From Nitrososphaerota archaeon (GTDB taxonomy: Archaea > Thermoproteota > Nitrososphaeria > PSMU01): 64,000 bases of DNA. The translations under genes and the position numbers were made by a program. The DNA lies in assembly GCA_040290255.1 (NCBI GenBank), contig PSMU01000001.1, positions 288,001 to 352,000 on the forward strand, in the 5' to 3' direction. Positions 29,401-38,624 of the stretch are shown here, piece by piece; position 1 is the stretch's first letter; each line of letters begins with the position of its first letter. The notes under the pieces are model-generated. The model made no database searches. It saw only the letters and a list, made by a program, of their open reading frames with translations, and was not told where the DNA came from.

Positions 29401-30385
29401 AGCAGTAGGCTGAGAGGCTGATGAGGGGCCCCGCCACGCCTCGCTCCAGCGCCACCTTCACGCCCCTGATCGCGTCTATTATGATGCCCGCGCTGTTGTA
29501 GGCGTCCACCACCTTCAGCTTTAGGTCGAGCTCCACGGGCGCGCCGGCAAAGTACCGTCCCCTGATCCAGATGTAGCAGACCTTATAGTTCTCCAGAAAC
29601 TCCACGTAGTCGCTGGGCCCTATCCTGATGGGCACGCTGTCGCCCAACAGCGCCTCCACGGCGCTGGTCTTGCTCGCCCTCTTATCCTCGAGCCTTGCCT
29701 CCTCCAGCATGTTCAGGAAGTCCGTATCCCCGCCTATGTTCAGCTGGTACGTCTCCTCGACCTTCACGCCCCTGTCGGAGAAGAGCTTCACCAGCGTCTT
29801 GTGAAGCACCGTCGCCCCCAGCTGGCTCATTACGTCATCGCCCGCGAGCGGCAGCCCCGCCCGGGTGAACCTGTCCTGCCAAACGGCATCGGAGGCTATG
29901 AAGACGGGCATGGCGTTCACGAAGGCCACCCCTGCCCTCAGCGCGCACTCCGCGTAAAAGGCCGCCGCCCTCCTGCTGCCCACGGGCACATAGTTGACCA
30001 GCACCTCTGCTCCCGCCTCCCTCAGCTCCTTGGCCACGTCCACGGGCTCGCCCTGGGCCTCCCGGATCACCTTCGAGAGATACCTGCCCAGTCCATCGAG
30101 CACGGGCGCCTTCTTCACCTCCACGCCGAGCCTGGGCACCTTGGCCACCTGCAGCGTGTTGTTGGGCGGCTGAAGGATCGCCTCCGAGAGGTCCTTGCCC
30201 ACCTTCCTGGAGTCCACATCGAAGGCCGCCACGAACTCTATATCCTGGGGCCTTATCCCTCCCAGCTCGTACTGAATGAGCCCCTCCGCCGCCGAGCTCC
30301 CCTTCTCAGCATAATAATGCACGCCCTGCACGAGGGCCGAGGCGCAGTTGCCCACGCCGGCGAGGGCCACTCTAACGCGGGGCAC
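29318..30385 (-). CDS. ino1: myo-inositol-1-phosphate synthase
   Basis: GVGNCASALVQG, NYVPVGS, GDD..SQ.GAT, YQLNIGG.TDF and SKT. Confidence 0.95.
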   Translation of the reverse strand: MPRVRVALAGVGNCASALVQGVHYYAEKGSSAAEGLIQYELGGIRPQDIEFVAAFDVDSRKVGKDLSEAILQPPNNTLQVAKVPRLGVEVKKAPVLDGLGRYLSKVIREAQGEPVDVAKELREAGAEVLVNYVPVGSRRAAAFYAECALRAGVAFVNAMPVFIASDAVWQDRFTRAGLPLAGDDVMSQLGATVLHKTLVKLFSDRGVKVEETYQLNIGGDTDFLNMLEEARLEDKRASKTSAVEALLGDSVPIRIGPSDYVEFLENYKVCYIWIRGRYFAGAPVELDLKLKVVDAYNSAGIIIDAIRGVKVALERGVAGPLISLSAYCFKHPPLQMPYHEAKQAFLEFAQGKRER

Positions 30386-30433
30386 GGCCTCGGCTTCAAA
30401 AGCTTAATTTTAAGGCTTGGGGCGGGCCAAAAC

Positions 30434-30862
30434 GTGAAGGAGGAGAGGTCCGTGGGCGCGATCATCTTCAGGCGTGACGTGGGCCGCTGCCTCTTCCTCC
30501 TCCTTCACTACCAAGGGGGCCACTATGACTGGCCGAAGGGCCACATAGAGCCCGGCGAACAGGAGCTGGACACGGTCAGGAGGGAGGTGCTGGAGGAGAC
30601 GGGCATCGAGGACCTCACCATCTACGGAGGCTTCAGGGAGACGATCCTGTACTTCTACACCAGAGGGGGCGAGAGGATCAGGAAGACGGTCGCCTTTTAC
30701 TTGGCGGAGACGAGCACGAGCGAGGTGAAGCTCTCGTGGGAGCATGTGGGCTACAAGTGGGCCGATTACGAGGAGAGCATGAACACGCTGACCTACAGGA
30801 ACTCCAGGGAAGTGCTGGAGAAGGCGAGGCGCTTCCTCGAGCAGAGGGGCATCAGCGTCTAG
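30434..30862 (+). CDS. NUDIX hydrolase (Ap4A hydrolase-like)
   Basis: PKGHIEPGE......REV.EETG Nudix box and LSWEH. Confidence 0.92.
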   Translation: MKEERSVGAIIFRRDVGRCLFLLLHYQGGHYDWPKGHIEPGEQELDTVRREVLEETGIEDLTIYGGFRETILYFYTRGGERIRKTVAFYLAETSTSEVKLSWEHVGYKWADYEESMNTLTYRNSREVLEKARRFLEQRGISV

Positions 30863-31616
30863 CGGCCTCCGCGTGCAGCTGGGCCGTTATCTTGGCCGCT
30901 TCCCGCGCCCTGCTCAGGGCGTTGGGCCCCTGCAGGAGCTGCCTGCCCACGATCGCATAGTCCGCCCCCGCCCTCATGGCCTCCTCCAGGGCCCCGCCCT
31001 GGGGCCCTATGCCCGGGCTGTAGATCGGGAGCTCGGGGGCCCCACGCTTTATGCTCGATATGAGCCCGGGCCTGGTCGCCCCTACGATTATCCCATCCGC
31101 GCCCACCCGCCTCGCCAGGGCCACGAAGGCGGCATAGAGCGGCCTGCCATCCGCCAGCTTGAGCGAGAAGAGCTCCTGGGCCCCCCTGTGGCTCATGTAG
31201 GCCAGCAGGAGCAGCCCCAGGCCCGTATCCCTCCTGACCTCCAGCAGCGCGTCGAGCCCCTCGAGCCTGCCGGGGAGGGGGCTGGCGATGAGCGCCGAGA
31301 AGCCATGGGTGGCCAGCAGCTCGGCCACCAGCCTGTTCGTCATGCCCACGTCGCCCAGCTTTAGGTCCGCGATTAGCGGGGCGCCCAGCTCTTCGGCCTT
31401 GGCCGTCAGCTTTGCCAGGCCGCGCAGGCCATGGGGGAGGAGCAGGTGGTGGTTGAGCTTGAAGGCGCAGGCGTAGGGAGCCATCTCCTCCAGCAGCTTC
31501 GTGGCCCTCTCCACGTGGGCCCGCAGCTCGGCTATGTTGTAGAAATCGAGCGCGATGACCAGCCGGCTGCCCAGCCGCCGCGCCCTCGCCTCCATCCTCG
31601 CCCTAAAGTCCATCAA
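30852..31616 (-). CDS. pyrF: Orotidine-5'-phosphate decarboxylase
   Basis: IALD, ADLKLGDV, VGAT.P, SPGIG.QG and IVGR. Confidence 0.92.
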   Translation of the reverse strand: MMDFRARMEARARRLGSRLVIALDFYNIAELRAHVERATKLLEEMAPYACAFKLNHHLLLPHGLRGLAKLTAKAEELGAPLIADLKLGDVGMTNRLVAELLATHGFSALIASPLPGRLEGLDALLEVRRDTGLGLLLLAYMSHRGAQELFSLKLADGRPLYAAFVALARRVGADGIIVGATRPGLISSIKRGAPELPIYSPGIGPQGGALEEAMRAGADYAIVGRQLLQGPNALSRAREAAKITAQLHAEAARR

Positions 31617-32314
31617 AGCCCGCCCAGGAAGCTGGGGGCCCTCGCCAGCTTGATGAGCTTAAGGTACAGGAAGCCGTGCTCGAAGGTGCCGCTGGCTAGG
31701 CCCACGGAGGGCCCTCCCTTTAGGTCGTAGCGGAGGAAGGGGGCGCTGGGCTCGCCCTCCAGCTTCGCGTAGACGAAGAAGGGCGCCGTGTAGGAGTTCT
31801 CCTGGACGCTGAAGAAGCCCAGCACCCATCCGCTTTCGGCCTGAAAGGCCAGCAGAGGCGGGAGGCTCTCCTCCACGACGAGCCTGTAGGAGGCGAGCTT
31901 GACCAGGCTGGCCGTATCCTTGAGCTTGAGCGGCGTGTACTCTGGCCCGCGCGCGGGCCCTCCCTTGAGCGCCCTGGCGAGCCATTCGGGCGGCTCGGCC
32001 AGCCTTATGAGAGGCGAATACTGGTAGGTGGGGTCAAGCATGTAATCGGTGAAGGCCACCTGCTCCTGGCCCTCCCGCAGCTTGTAGGCCAGGAACTGGG
32101 CCCTTCTCGCCTCCTCGCTCGTGGCCATGAAGTGGCAGAAGGGCACATGCCTATCCAGCTGGGAGAGGAGGACCCCCAGAACATCCCTGCCCTCCAGCTC
32201 GAGATGCAGCACCGGATAGGGCACCCTCTCCAGGGCGCAGGCGAGCCTTCCCAGGTCGAGCAGGGAGCTGAGGGCGATCGGAATGACGAAGAGCCCCCTG
32301 CGCTCCTTGGCCAT
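31613..32314 (-). CDS. Hypothetical protein with an internal domain duplication
   Basis: Two similar halves (P....S..DL.RLA ... FL.Y ... LI.LA..P); ATG about 27 nt after a TATA. Confidence 0.7.
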   Translation of the reverse strand: MAKERRGLFVIPIALSSLLDLGRLACALERVPYPVLHLELEGRDVLGVLLSQLDRHVPFCHFMATSEEARRAQFLAYKLREGQEQVAFTDYMLDPTYQYSPLIRLAEPPEWLARALKGGPARGPEYTPLKLKDTASLVKLASYRLVVEESLPPLLAFQAESGWVLGFFSVQENSYTAPFFVYAKLEGEPSAPFLRYDLKGGPSVGLASGTFEHGFLYLKLIKLARAPSFLGGL

Positions 32315-32366
32315 CCTTAAGCCAAGGGCGCGGCACACCTATATATCTTCTTGAGGCGGGCCTCAT

Positions 32367-33134
32367 GTGAGGATCCTAGTGGGCTGCTGCGGGCTGGCGG
32401 GGCTGAAGTGGGAGAGCTATGAGGCGGCCTTCGACGTCATCGAACTGCAGCAGGCCTTCTATAAGCTGCCCAGGCCCTCGACGGCGGCGCGCTGGAGGGC
32501 GAGGGCCCCCTCGCTCACCATCTCCCTTAAGGCCTTTCAGGGCATCACGCATCCGCTGAGCAGCCCCACCTGGAGGAGGGCGGGGGCGCAGAGGCCCAGG
32601 GAGGCCCCGGAGGCCTACGGCCACCTGAGGCCCACCGAGCAGGTCTTCGCGCTCTGGGAGAAGGTGGGGGAGCTGGCCAAGGCACTGCAGGCCAAGGCGA
32701 TCCTGCTGCAGCTGCCTCCCTCCTTTGAGCTCAACGAGGAGAACTTGGCCAATATGAAGGCCTTCCTGGGCTCCATCAGCAGGCCCGCCGCCTTGGCCCT
32801 CGAGCTGCGCCATGCCAGCTGGCTGGCAGACCGCTCGAGGCTCGGCTCCCTTCTCTCCGAGCTGAGGGTCACGCACGTAGTCGACCCGCTCTCGATGAAG
32901 CCGGCGCACATAGAGCGCCTTGCCTATTATAGGCTACACGGCGCTGGCTGGCCGGGCCCGCGCCTCGATTACAGGCATGTCTATGCGGAGGAGGAGCTGC
33001 GCCGCGCGCTGGAGCTGGTGGCGGCCTACGGGGGCGAGGAGGCCCTGGTGCTCTTCAACAACCTCAGGATGAGGAGCGACGCGGCCAGGTTCAAGCAGCT
33101 GCTCATGGCGCTCCCTTCCTCTCCGCCAGCCTGA
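32367..33134 (+). CDS. DUF72 family TIM-barrel protein
   Basis: VGCCG, IE.Q..FY, KA.Q.ITH, LLQLPPSF, YYRLHG and FNN. Confidence 0.9.
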   Translation: MRILVGCCGLAGLKWESYEAAFDVIELQQAFYKLPRPSTAARWRARAPSLTISLKAFQGITHPLSSPTWRRAGAQRPREAPEAYGHLRPTEQVFALWEKVGELAKALQAKAILLQLPPSFELNEENLANMKAFLGSISRPAALALELRHASWLADRSRLGSLLSELRVTHVVDPLSMKPAHIERLAYYRLHGAGWPGPRLDYRHVYAEEELRRALELVAAYGGEEALVLFNNLRMRSDAARFKQLLMALPSSPPA

Positions 33135-33375
33135 GCGAGGGCCCTCGGGCAGTGACGCGGTACTGCTCCCGCAGGCCCTTGTCATGCAGGAAGCCCTTCA
33201 GGCATGTCCTGAGGAGCGCCTTCAGGCCCGGCGCGGAGGCCTTAACCAGGAGCGCGCCCCCCTCCTCGGCCACCTCAAGGCCCGTCCTGGTCCTCAGATA
33301 CGAGGCCAGCTCCCTGGCCATGCTCGCCAACCCCCCGAGCTCTATCCTCAGCCCCTCTTCGCTCAAGCCCGCCAC
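33103..33375 (-). CDS. Putative ribosomal protein eL22 (L22e) homolog
   Basis: ELASYL..RT...V......L.V.......LRT.LK.FLH..GLRE.YRV pattern matches eL22 (..YLKYL.KK.L...LR...RV); coupled to purA. Confidence 0.6.
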   Translation of the reverse strand: MAGLSEEGLRIELGGLASMARELASYLRTRTGLEVAEEGGALLVKASAPGLKALLRTCLKGFLHDKGLREQYRVTARGPSLRLAERKGAP

Positions 33376-34367
33376 CGGTCGATGATGTCCTCGGGCTCCG
33401 GCCCCGTGCCTATGAGGGAAACCGGCACCCCTATCTCCGCCTCCACCTCCTCCACGAACCTCCTTACCTGCGCCGGAAGCTTCTCGTAGCTCCTTACCCC
33501 CTTGGCCTCCGGCGCTAGCGCGTCGGCCTTCGTCAGCGCCGCGTCCGTCGCGCCGTTCAGCTTGACGGCCCGCCTGGCCAGCCTGAAGTTGAAGGGCGCG
33601 GCCCTCCTAGGCCTCCCCGTCACGGTCCCGAACTCCGCCCAGCCCCTCCTCTGCATCTCCTCGGGGCTGAGCTCCCCCTCGAGCGGTCCCCCTCCCACGC
33701 GCGTCACATAGGACTTGAAGACGACCAGCACCCTATCGACCTCCGTGGGGCCCACGCCTATATCGGAGCAGACGGCCGCCGCGGTGACGTCCTTGGACGT
33801 GACGTAGGGCCAGGTGCCATGGTAGGAGGAGAGAAAGGTCCCCTGCGTGCCCTCCGCCATTACCAATTGGCCGCGCTCCAGGGCCTCGTGCACCCTCTCA
33901 GAAACATCGGTCACGTACGGCAGGAGCGCCCGCTCCTCCCTCGCTATCCTTACCCTCCTCAGCGCCCTGTCCGCGTTCGCGGGCCCCGTGCCCGTGCCCG
34001 TGGTCTGTATGACCTCCTTCAGGTGCCCCTCCCGGTCGGCCTGCTTATGCCTCTCCTCGATGAGCGCGCATTGGGCATCTATGTAGGCCCTGCGCTCGCA
34101 GCCGAAGGCCCTAACCTCGCCCAGGAAGACCTCGGGGTCCACGAGCACGCCCGCGCCCACCAGCAGCAGCGTGGAGGGGTTGACCACGCAGCTGGGCAGC
34201 TGGCGAAGGCCCACGGGCTTACCCTGCCAGTAGACGGTGTGGCCCGCGTTGGTGCCCACGCCTCCCCTCACGCCTATGGCGGGGCTCATGCTCCGGGCCA
34301 TATAGGCCACCACCTTGCCCTTCCCTTCATCGCCGAAGAAGCCCCCCACCACCACGTACAGCGGCAA
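33363..34367 (-). CDS. purA: Adenylosuccinate synthetase (short archaeal form)
   Basis: GGFFGDEGKGK, NAGHT, EGTQG, PYVTS and GTVTGR.RR. Confidence 0.96.
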   Translation of the reverse strand: MPLYVVVGGFFGDEGKGKVVAYMARSMSPAIGVRGGVGTNAGHTVYWQGKPVGLRQLPSCVVNPSTLLLVGAGVLVDPEVFLGEVRAFGCERRAYIDAQCALIEERHKQADREGHLKEVIQTTGTGTGPANADRALRRVRIAREERALLPYVTDVSERVHEALERGQLVMAEGTQGTFLSSYHGTWPYVTSKDVTAAAVCSDIGVGPTEVDRVLVVFKSYVTRVGGGPLEGELSPEEMQRRGWAEFGTVTGRPRRAAPFNFRLARRAVKLNGATDAALTKADALAPEAKGVRSYEKLPAQVRRFVEEVEAEIGVPVSLIGTGPEPEDIIDRWRA

Positions 34368-34399
34368 GCCACCCCCCTTTCGTTTCGGCTCTTTTAACG

Positions 34400-34681
34400 C
34401 TACCCGCCGGGCGTGAGCGGCTTGGCCCTTTCTATGACCACCTTTGAGCCCAGCACCTTCTCCAGCCGGGAGACGAACCGCGCAAGGCTATCCTCGGAGC
34501 CGCTCTTCACGAGCATCACGGCCTCATAGAGCCCCACCAGCGTGTAGGCGGCGACGAGCTCCACGCCCTCCAGCGGCACCGTGCCGAAGACCAGGCTCCT
34601 CAGCAGCCTCAGGGCCTCCTCCTCCTTGCCGGGCCCTGACCTGAGCAGGACGAGGTAGAGCTGGGGCGCCTCGATGCTCAA
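34400..34681 (-). CDS. Stand-alone ferredoxin-like domain (Lrp/AsnC ligand-binding or GYD-like)
   Basis: YLVLL...PG.E and AY.L.G.Y.AV..V; TTG overlaps the uppS stop codon. Confidence 0.6.
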   Translation of the reverse strand: MSIEAPQLYLVLLRSGPGKEEEALRLLRSLVFGTVPLEGVELVAAYTLVGLYEAVMLVKSGSEDSLARFVSRLEKVLGSKVVIERAKPLTPGG

Positions 34682-35499
34682 CGGCCGAACCTCCTCTGCC
34701 TCTCCTGATAGATCCTTATGGCCCTCAGGAAGTCGATCCTCCGCAGGCTGGGCCAGGGCACATCCATGAAGACGAGCTCGCTGTACGCGCCCTGCCAAAG
34801 CAGGAAGTTGCTGAGGCGGTACTCGCCCGCCGTCCTCAGGATCAGGTCGGGCTCGGGAAAGGGCAGCGAGGAGGTGTAAAGGAACTTGCCTATGGCCTCC
34901 TCGGTGATGTCCTCGGGCCTCATCCTCCCGCGCAGCACCTCCTCGACGAGCCTGCGAAAGGCCTCCACGAGCTCCCTCCTTGCCCCATACGCTATCGCGA
35001 GGTTCAGGTAATACGAGTTATGGGAGGCGGTGCGCCGCTCGAGCTCGCCCGCCAGCGCCCTGATGTGGGCAGGCAGCAGCTCCAGGTCGCCTATCACCTT
35101 CACCCTTATCCTATGCTCGTAGACCCTTCGGTCCTCGAGCAGGAGTTTCAGCCTCCTCTGCAGCAGCGAGAGCAGCTGGCTCAGCTCCTCGGGCGGGCGG
35201 TTCAGGTTCTCGGTGGAGAGCGCGTAGAGCGTGGCCACCCTTATGCCCAGCTCCCTGCACCAGTCCAGCACCCGCTCGGCCGTCCTCGCGCCCTCATCAT
35301 GCCCCAGCCAGGGGGGAAGCCCCTTCTGCCTTGCCCAGCGCCGGTTCCCGTCCATGATGATGGCCACATGCCTGGGCACCGCCCCCCTCCTCACCTGGCT
35401 CTCCAGGTACTTCTCGTAGATGCGGTAGGCCTGGGAGAGCGAAAGCAGCCTGGGCAGGGCCCAGAGGACGAGCCGCGCGGCCGACCTCCTAAGGGCCAT
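34678..35499 (-). CDS. uppS: Polyprenyl (cis-prenyl) diphosphate synthase
   Basis: HVAIIMDGNRRWA, STEN..R and DLILRT.GE.RLSNFLLWQ. Confidence 0.96.
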   Translation of the reverse strand: MALRRSAARLVLWALPRLLSLSQAYRIYEKYLESQVRRGAVPRHVAIIMDGNRRWARQKGLPPWLGHDEGARTAERVLDWCRELGIRVATLYALSTENLNRPPEELSQLLSLLQRRLKLLLEDRRVYEHRIRVKVIGDLELLPAHIRALAGELERRTASHNSYYLNLAIAYGARRELVEAFRRLVEEVLRGRMRPEDITEEAIGKFLYTSSLPFPEPDLILRTAGEYRLSNFLLWQGAYSELVFMDVPWPSLRRIDFLRAIRIYQERQRRFGR

Positions 35500-36631
35500 G
35501 GCCCTGCACCTCGCTCATCCTAAGCCGGGGCTGAAGCAGGCCTATCGCCATGAAGAGCAGCGCGAGCAGCAGGAGCGTCCAGATGAGGAGGCTAAGAGGC
35601 GGCCTGGTGGGGTCCTGCAGCAGCAGCGAGAACTCCCTCAGCGGGACGTAGACGGTGAACAGGGCCGCGAGCCCTATGAGGCTCCTGATGCTGATCCTGC
35701 CCTTGAGGAGCCTCTGCAGGATGCGGGCCAGGAACAGCATCGCCACGCCCAGCGTGAGCCAGCCCAGGGCGCCCTCGAGGAAGACGCCTAACGCCTTGGG
35801 CAGCTCGGCCAGGAGGGCTTCGGGCCCCAGCGGAGGGCCCGACAGGAGGGCGACGACGCCCTGCGCGCCCTTCATCAGGCCCGTGAGGATGAGCAGCGCG
35901 GCCGCGATCGATGCCGCGATCCAGAAGTACTTCAGCGGCGGCAGATGCGTCGCGCCCCTTATCAGGCCCAGCAGGGCCGCCGGGTTAAGCCCCCTATACA
36001 GCAGGAAGCCGCCCAGGATAAGGGCGGTTAGGACCACGGCCTCCTTCGCCAGGCCCAGCAACGTGAAGAGGCCGTAGGCCACGAGCAGCACGCCCGGGAG
36101 CCCCAGCGAGTACTTGGCGTACCTGGGGTCGTTCAGCAGCAGCTTCAGGTATCTGCCCAGGAGCGAGTAGGAGACCTCGAGCGCCTCGCTCTGCCTCACC
36201 ACGACCCTCTTGACATAATATACGGGCTTAACGGACTGAAGCAGCGGCAGGACCCTCTCGTCGCTCACGCCATCCGAGATGAAGATCAGGCCCTTCGCCC
36301 CCGCGCCCTCGGCCAGCTCCCTTATGCCCGCTATCAGCGCCGCGCTGCGCTCCAGGGAGCTGGGGAAGCCGGAGAGCACGGCGATCTGGCCCCTTATGCC
36401 CATGCCCTTTATCTCGTCGAGCTCCTTGACCGCCGCGAAGAGCGCGTTCGCGTCGGCCTCCTCTGGATCCGCCAGCGCCAGGTCCACCGCGGCCTTGAGG
36501 CACTGCTCCCTCCCCACCAGCGGCGTCTTTATGCCCGTCTTCTGCTCGATGTCCCCATCGGCGTCCACGTATACGATGAGTAGGCTATCGGGCAGCGCCG
36601 TCCTCCCCTTGCCCAGCACCTCGTTGGCCAA
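35489..36631 (-). CDS. DUF373 family membrane protein
   Basis: VD.D.D...K.GI.TP..GRE, DPEE.DAN, VSDE and RVVVRQS. Confidence 0.88.
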   Translation of the reverse strand: MANEVLGKGRTALPDSLLIVYVDADGDIEQKTGIKTPLVGREQCLKAAVDLALADPEEADANALFAAVKELDEIKGMGIRGQIAVLSGFPSSLERSAALIAGIRELAEGAGAKGLIFISDGVSDERVLPLLQSVKPVYYVKRVVVRQSEALEVSYSLLGRYLKLLLNDPRYAKYSLGLPGVLLVAYGLFTLLGLAKEAVVLTALILGGFLLYRGLNPAALLGLIRGATHLPPLKYFWIAASIAAALLILTGLMKGAQGVVALLSGPPLGPEALLAELPKALGVFLEGALGWLTLGVAMLFLARILQRLLKGRISIRSLIGLAALFTVYVPLREFSLLLQDPTRPPLSLLIWTLLLLALLFMAIGLLQPRLRMSEVQGHGP

Positions 36632-36665
36632 CCCTTATGCGCCCTGGCCATCGAAGTTTATGGCC

Positions 36666-37511
36666 TTATTGGTTCCCCTGGCGCTGGTCTGTGCCGTAGA
36701 GCAGCTCGAGCTCCTCGAGCGTGAGGGCCTGCCCCTTTTCCAGCTTGGCCAGCGCCCTTCGTCGGGCCTCCTCGGCCAGCGCGCCCCGCACCTCGCCCCA
36801 CACGCTCGGCGCGCTCAGCTCCTTTCTGATGAGCTCCTCCCTCTCCCGCCTCTTCTGCTCAATCTCCCTGCTCGCCTCGGCCAGCTCCTTGGCCAAGGCC
36901 ACCAGCTGCCCATCGAGCTCCTGCCTCCTCCTCACCAGCTCGCCCCTCCTCTCCCTGAGCGCCCTGGCCCTCTCGAGCAGCTCCGCCAGGAGCGGCCCTC
37001 TCTCCGCGGCCAGCCTCCTGCTCTCCTGAAGGGCCTGCGTGAGCTCCGCTAGCTCCCGCTGCAGCCTCTCCCGCTCCTCCAGGGCCCGAAGCTGTCGGGC
37101 GATGCCCTTGGCCCTCTCCAGGAGCGCGCGCTGCTCGTCCCGCGTTAGCCGGCTGGCCGCGAGCCTCTCCTCTATGCGCTGGAGCTCCAGCCTGAGCTCC
37201 GAGGCGCTCCTGCGCCCGGGGGCCAGGGCCCGCAGCTCCGCCGCCTTCTGCCTGGCCCTTTCGGCGACGGCCCTGATCGAGGCGCCCAGCTGGCCGGCCC
37301 TGGCCCTAGCCTCCCTGGCCTCTCCCCTCAGCTGCTCTATCCTCCTGTGCAGCGATGCCAGCTCCTCCCGGAGCCTGCCCAGCTCGGCGGAGATCTGCCT
37401 CCTGCTGGCCAGGAGCTCCTCCGCCCTTGAACGAAGGGAGGCGCGGCGCTCAAGGGCGCCCCTCAGCTCCTCCTCCACCCGCTGTAAGGCCCCCTGCGCG
37501 CTGCCGCTCAT
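36666..37511 (-). CDS. Archaeal coiled-coil protein (COG1340-like)
   Basis: Heptad-rich; C-terminal KL..G..LTLEEL; next to DUF373 and uppS. Confidence 0.75.
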   Translation of the reverse strand: MSGSAQGALQRVEEELRGALERRASLRSRAEELLASRRQISAELGRLREELASLHRRIEQLRGEAREARARAGQLGASIRAVAERARQKAAELRALAPGRRSASELRLELQRIEERLAASRLTRDEQRALLERAKGIARQLRALEERERLQRELAELTQALQESRRLAAERGPLLAELLERARALRERRGELVRRRQELDGQLVALAKELAEASREIEQKRREREELIRKELSAPSVWGEVRGALAEEARRRALAKLEKGQALTLEELELLYGTDQRQGNQ

Positions 37512-37575
37512 GGGGCGCCGCCAGGCGCGCGCGGACCCGAAGCTTATTTATGTGTTTGCGAGGAGCTGGCCCGGG

Positions 37576-38193
37576 TTGCTCGGCCTTCCCGGCGAGCTGG
37601 TGGCACAGAGGGCTCCCGGCCTGGCCCCCAGCTTCGGCCAACACCACGTGCTTTTGGCGCTCCTAGTGCTGGGCCGCGTCGGCAGCATGGGAAGGATGAG
37701 GCTCGGCAGGGAGCTGGGCCTGGGCGAGGGCGCGGTGCGCAACCTCCTCTCCCGCCTAAGGGGCCAGGGCCTGGTGGCCGCGGACAGAAGCGGCTGCAGG
37801 TTGGCCGAGAAGGGCCTTAAGCTCTACCGCAGGCTCCGCAGGCGCTTGGTGGGGCCCCATCCGGTGCGGGCGGGCAAACTGGCGCTGGACAAACATGCCT
37901 GCGCGCTGCTGATAAGGGGAGGGGCGTCGCGTGTAAAGCTGGGCCTCGAGCAGAGGGATGAGGGCATAAAGGTGGGAGGCTCGGGCGTGGTCACGCTCAT
38001 CTACGCGGGCGGGAAGTTCCGCATCCCCGGCGGCAGCGAGGACTGCGAAAGGGATTACGGAGGGCCGGAATGGGAGGAGCTGAGGCGCCGGCTCGGGCCC
38101 AGGGAGGGCGATGCGATCGTGGTGGCCAGCGCGCCCAGCGAGGAGAGGGCCAGGCTAGCGGCGGTGGCGGCCGGGGCCTCGTTGCTGCGGTGA
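37576..38193 (+). CDS. wHTH plus DUF4443-like protein
   Basis: APSF...H, GR..L..ELGLGEG.VR.L, G.EQRDE..K.G..G and GDAIVV. Confidence 0.75.
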   Translation: MLGLPGELVAQRAPGLAPSFGQHHVLLALLVLGRVGSMGRMRLGRELGLGEGAVRNLLSRLRGQGLVAADRSGCRLAEKGLKLYRRLRRRLVGPHPVRAGKLALDKHACALLIRGGASRVKLGLEQRDEGIKVGGSGVVTLIYAGGKFRIPGGSEDCERDYGGPEWEELRRRLGPREGDAIVVASAPSEERARLAAVAAGASLLR

Positions 38194-38622
38194 GGGCTCG
38201 AAGCCCACGAGGTCCTCCCAGCTCCCCTGCCTTCGTTCGCTGAGCCTGGCCACCACGGGCAGGCCCTCGCTCAGCTGCTCGGGGCGCTCGACCAGCAGCC
38301 TGTGCACGAGCCCCCCTCTATAGCCCTCGAACCTGATCAGGCCATAGGCCACCAGCTGCCCGTTCTTCTCCCTCCACGTGAAGGCGGCGAGCCGGCCCCG
38401 CGGCTCCACCTCTTCGAACTGCTCTATTCTCGCAAAGCAGCTCGCGCAGAAGAGCCTGGCGGGGATCCAGGCCTCGCCGCATCTACGGCACCGGGAGGCC
38501 AGGAGCTTTCCGCTCTCCCTGAGCGCCTCGAAGAACCTCTGGCCGGCGATGCCGGGCGTGTAAAGGTATTCCAGGGGAATCCTGTTCAGGAACCTCGCCC
38601 GGTCCAGGCGCCTTGCCTCCAT
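38155..38622 (-). CDS. DUF35 Zn-ribbon/OB-fold protein
   Basis: Y.YTPGIAG.RFF, CRRC...P.R.FC..C and G.LVH. Confidence 0.9.
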   Translation of the reverse strand: MEARRLDRARFLNRIPLEYLYTPGIAGQRFFEALRESGKLLASRCRRCGEAWIPARLFCASCFARIEQFEEVEPRGRLAAFTWREKNGQLVAYGLIRFEGYRGGLVHRLLVERPEQLSEGLPVVARLSERRQGSWEDLVGFEPSPQQRGPGRHRR

Positions 38623-38624
38623 GC

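Noticed and set aside
37039-37575. Long N-terminal extensions in the ORF track (for example 37039, 29801, 25533, 15869 and 9578 starts)
   Set aside because: They overlap neighbouring genes and have atypical composition; true starts lie downstream of TATA or SD elements
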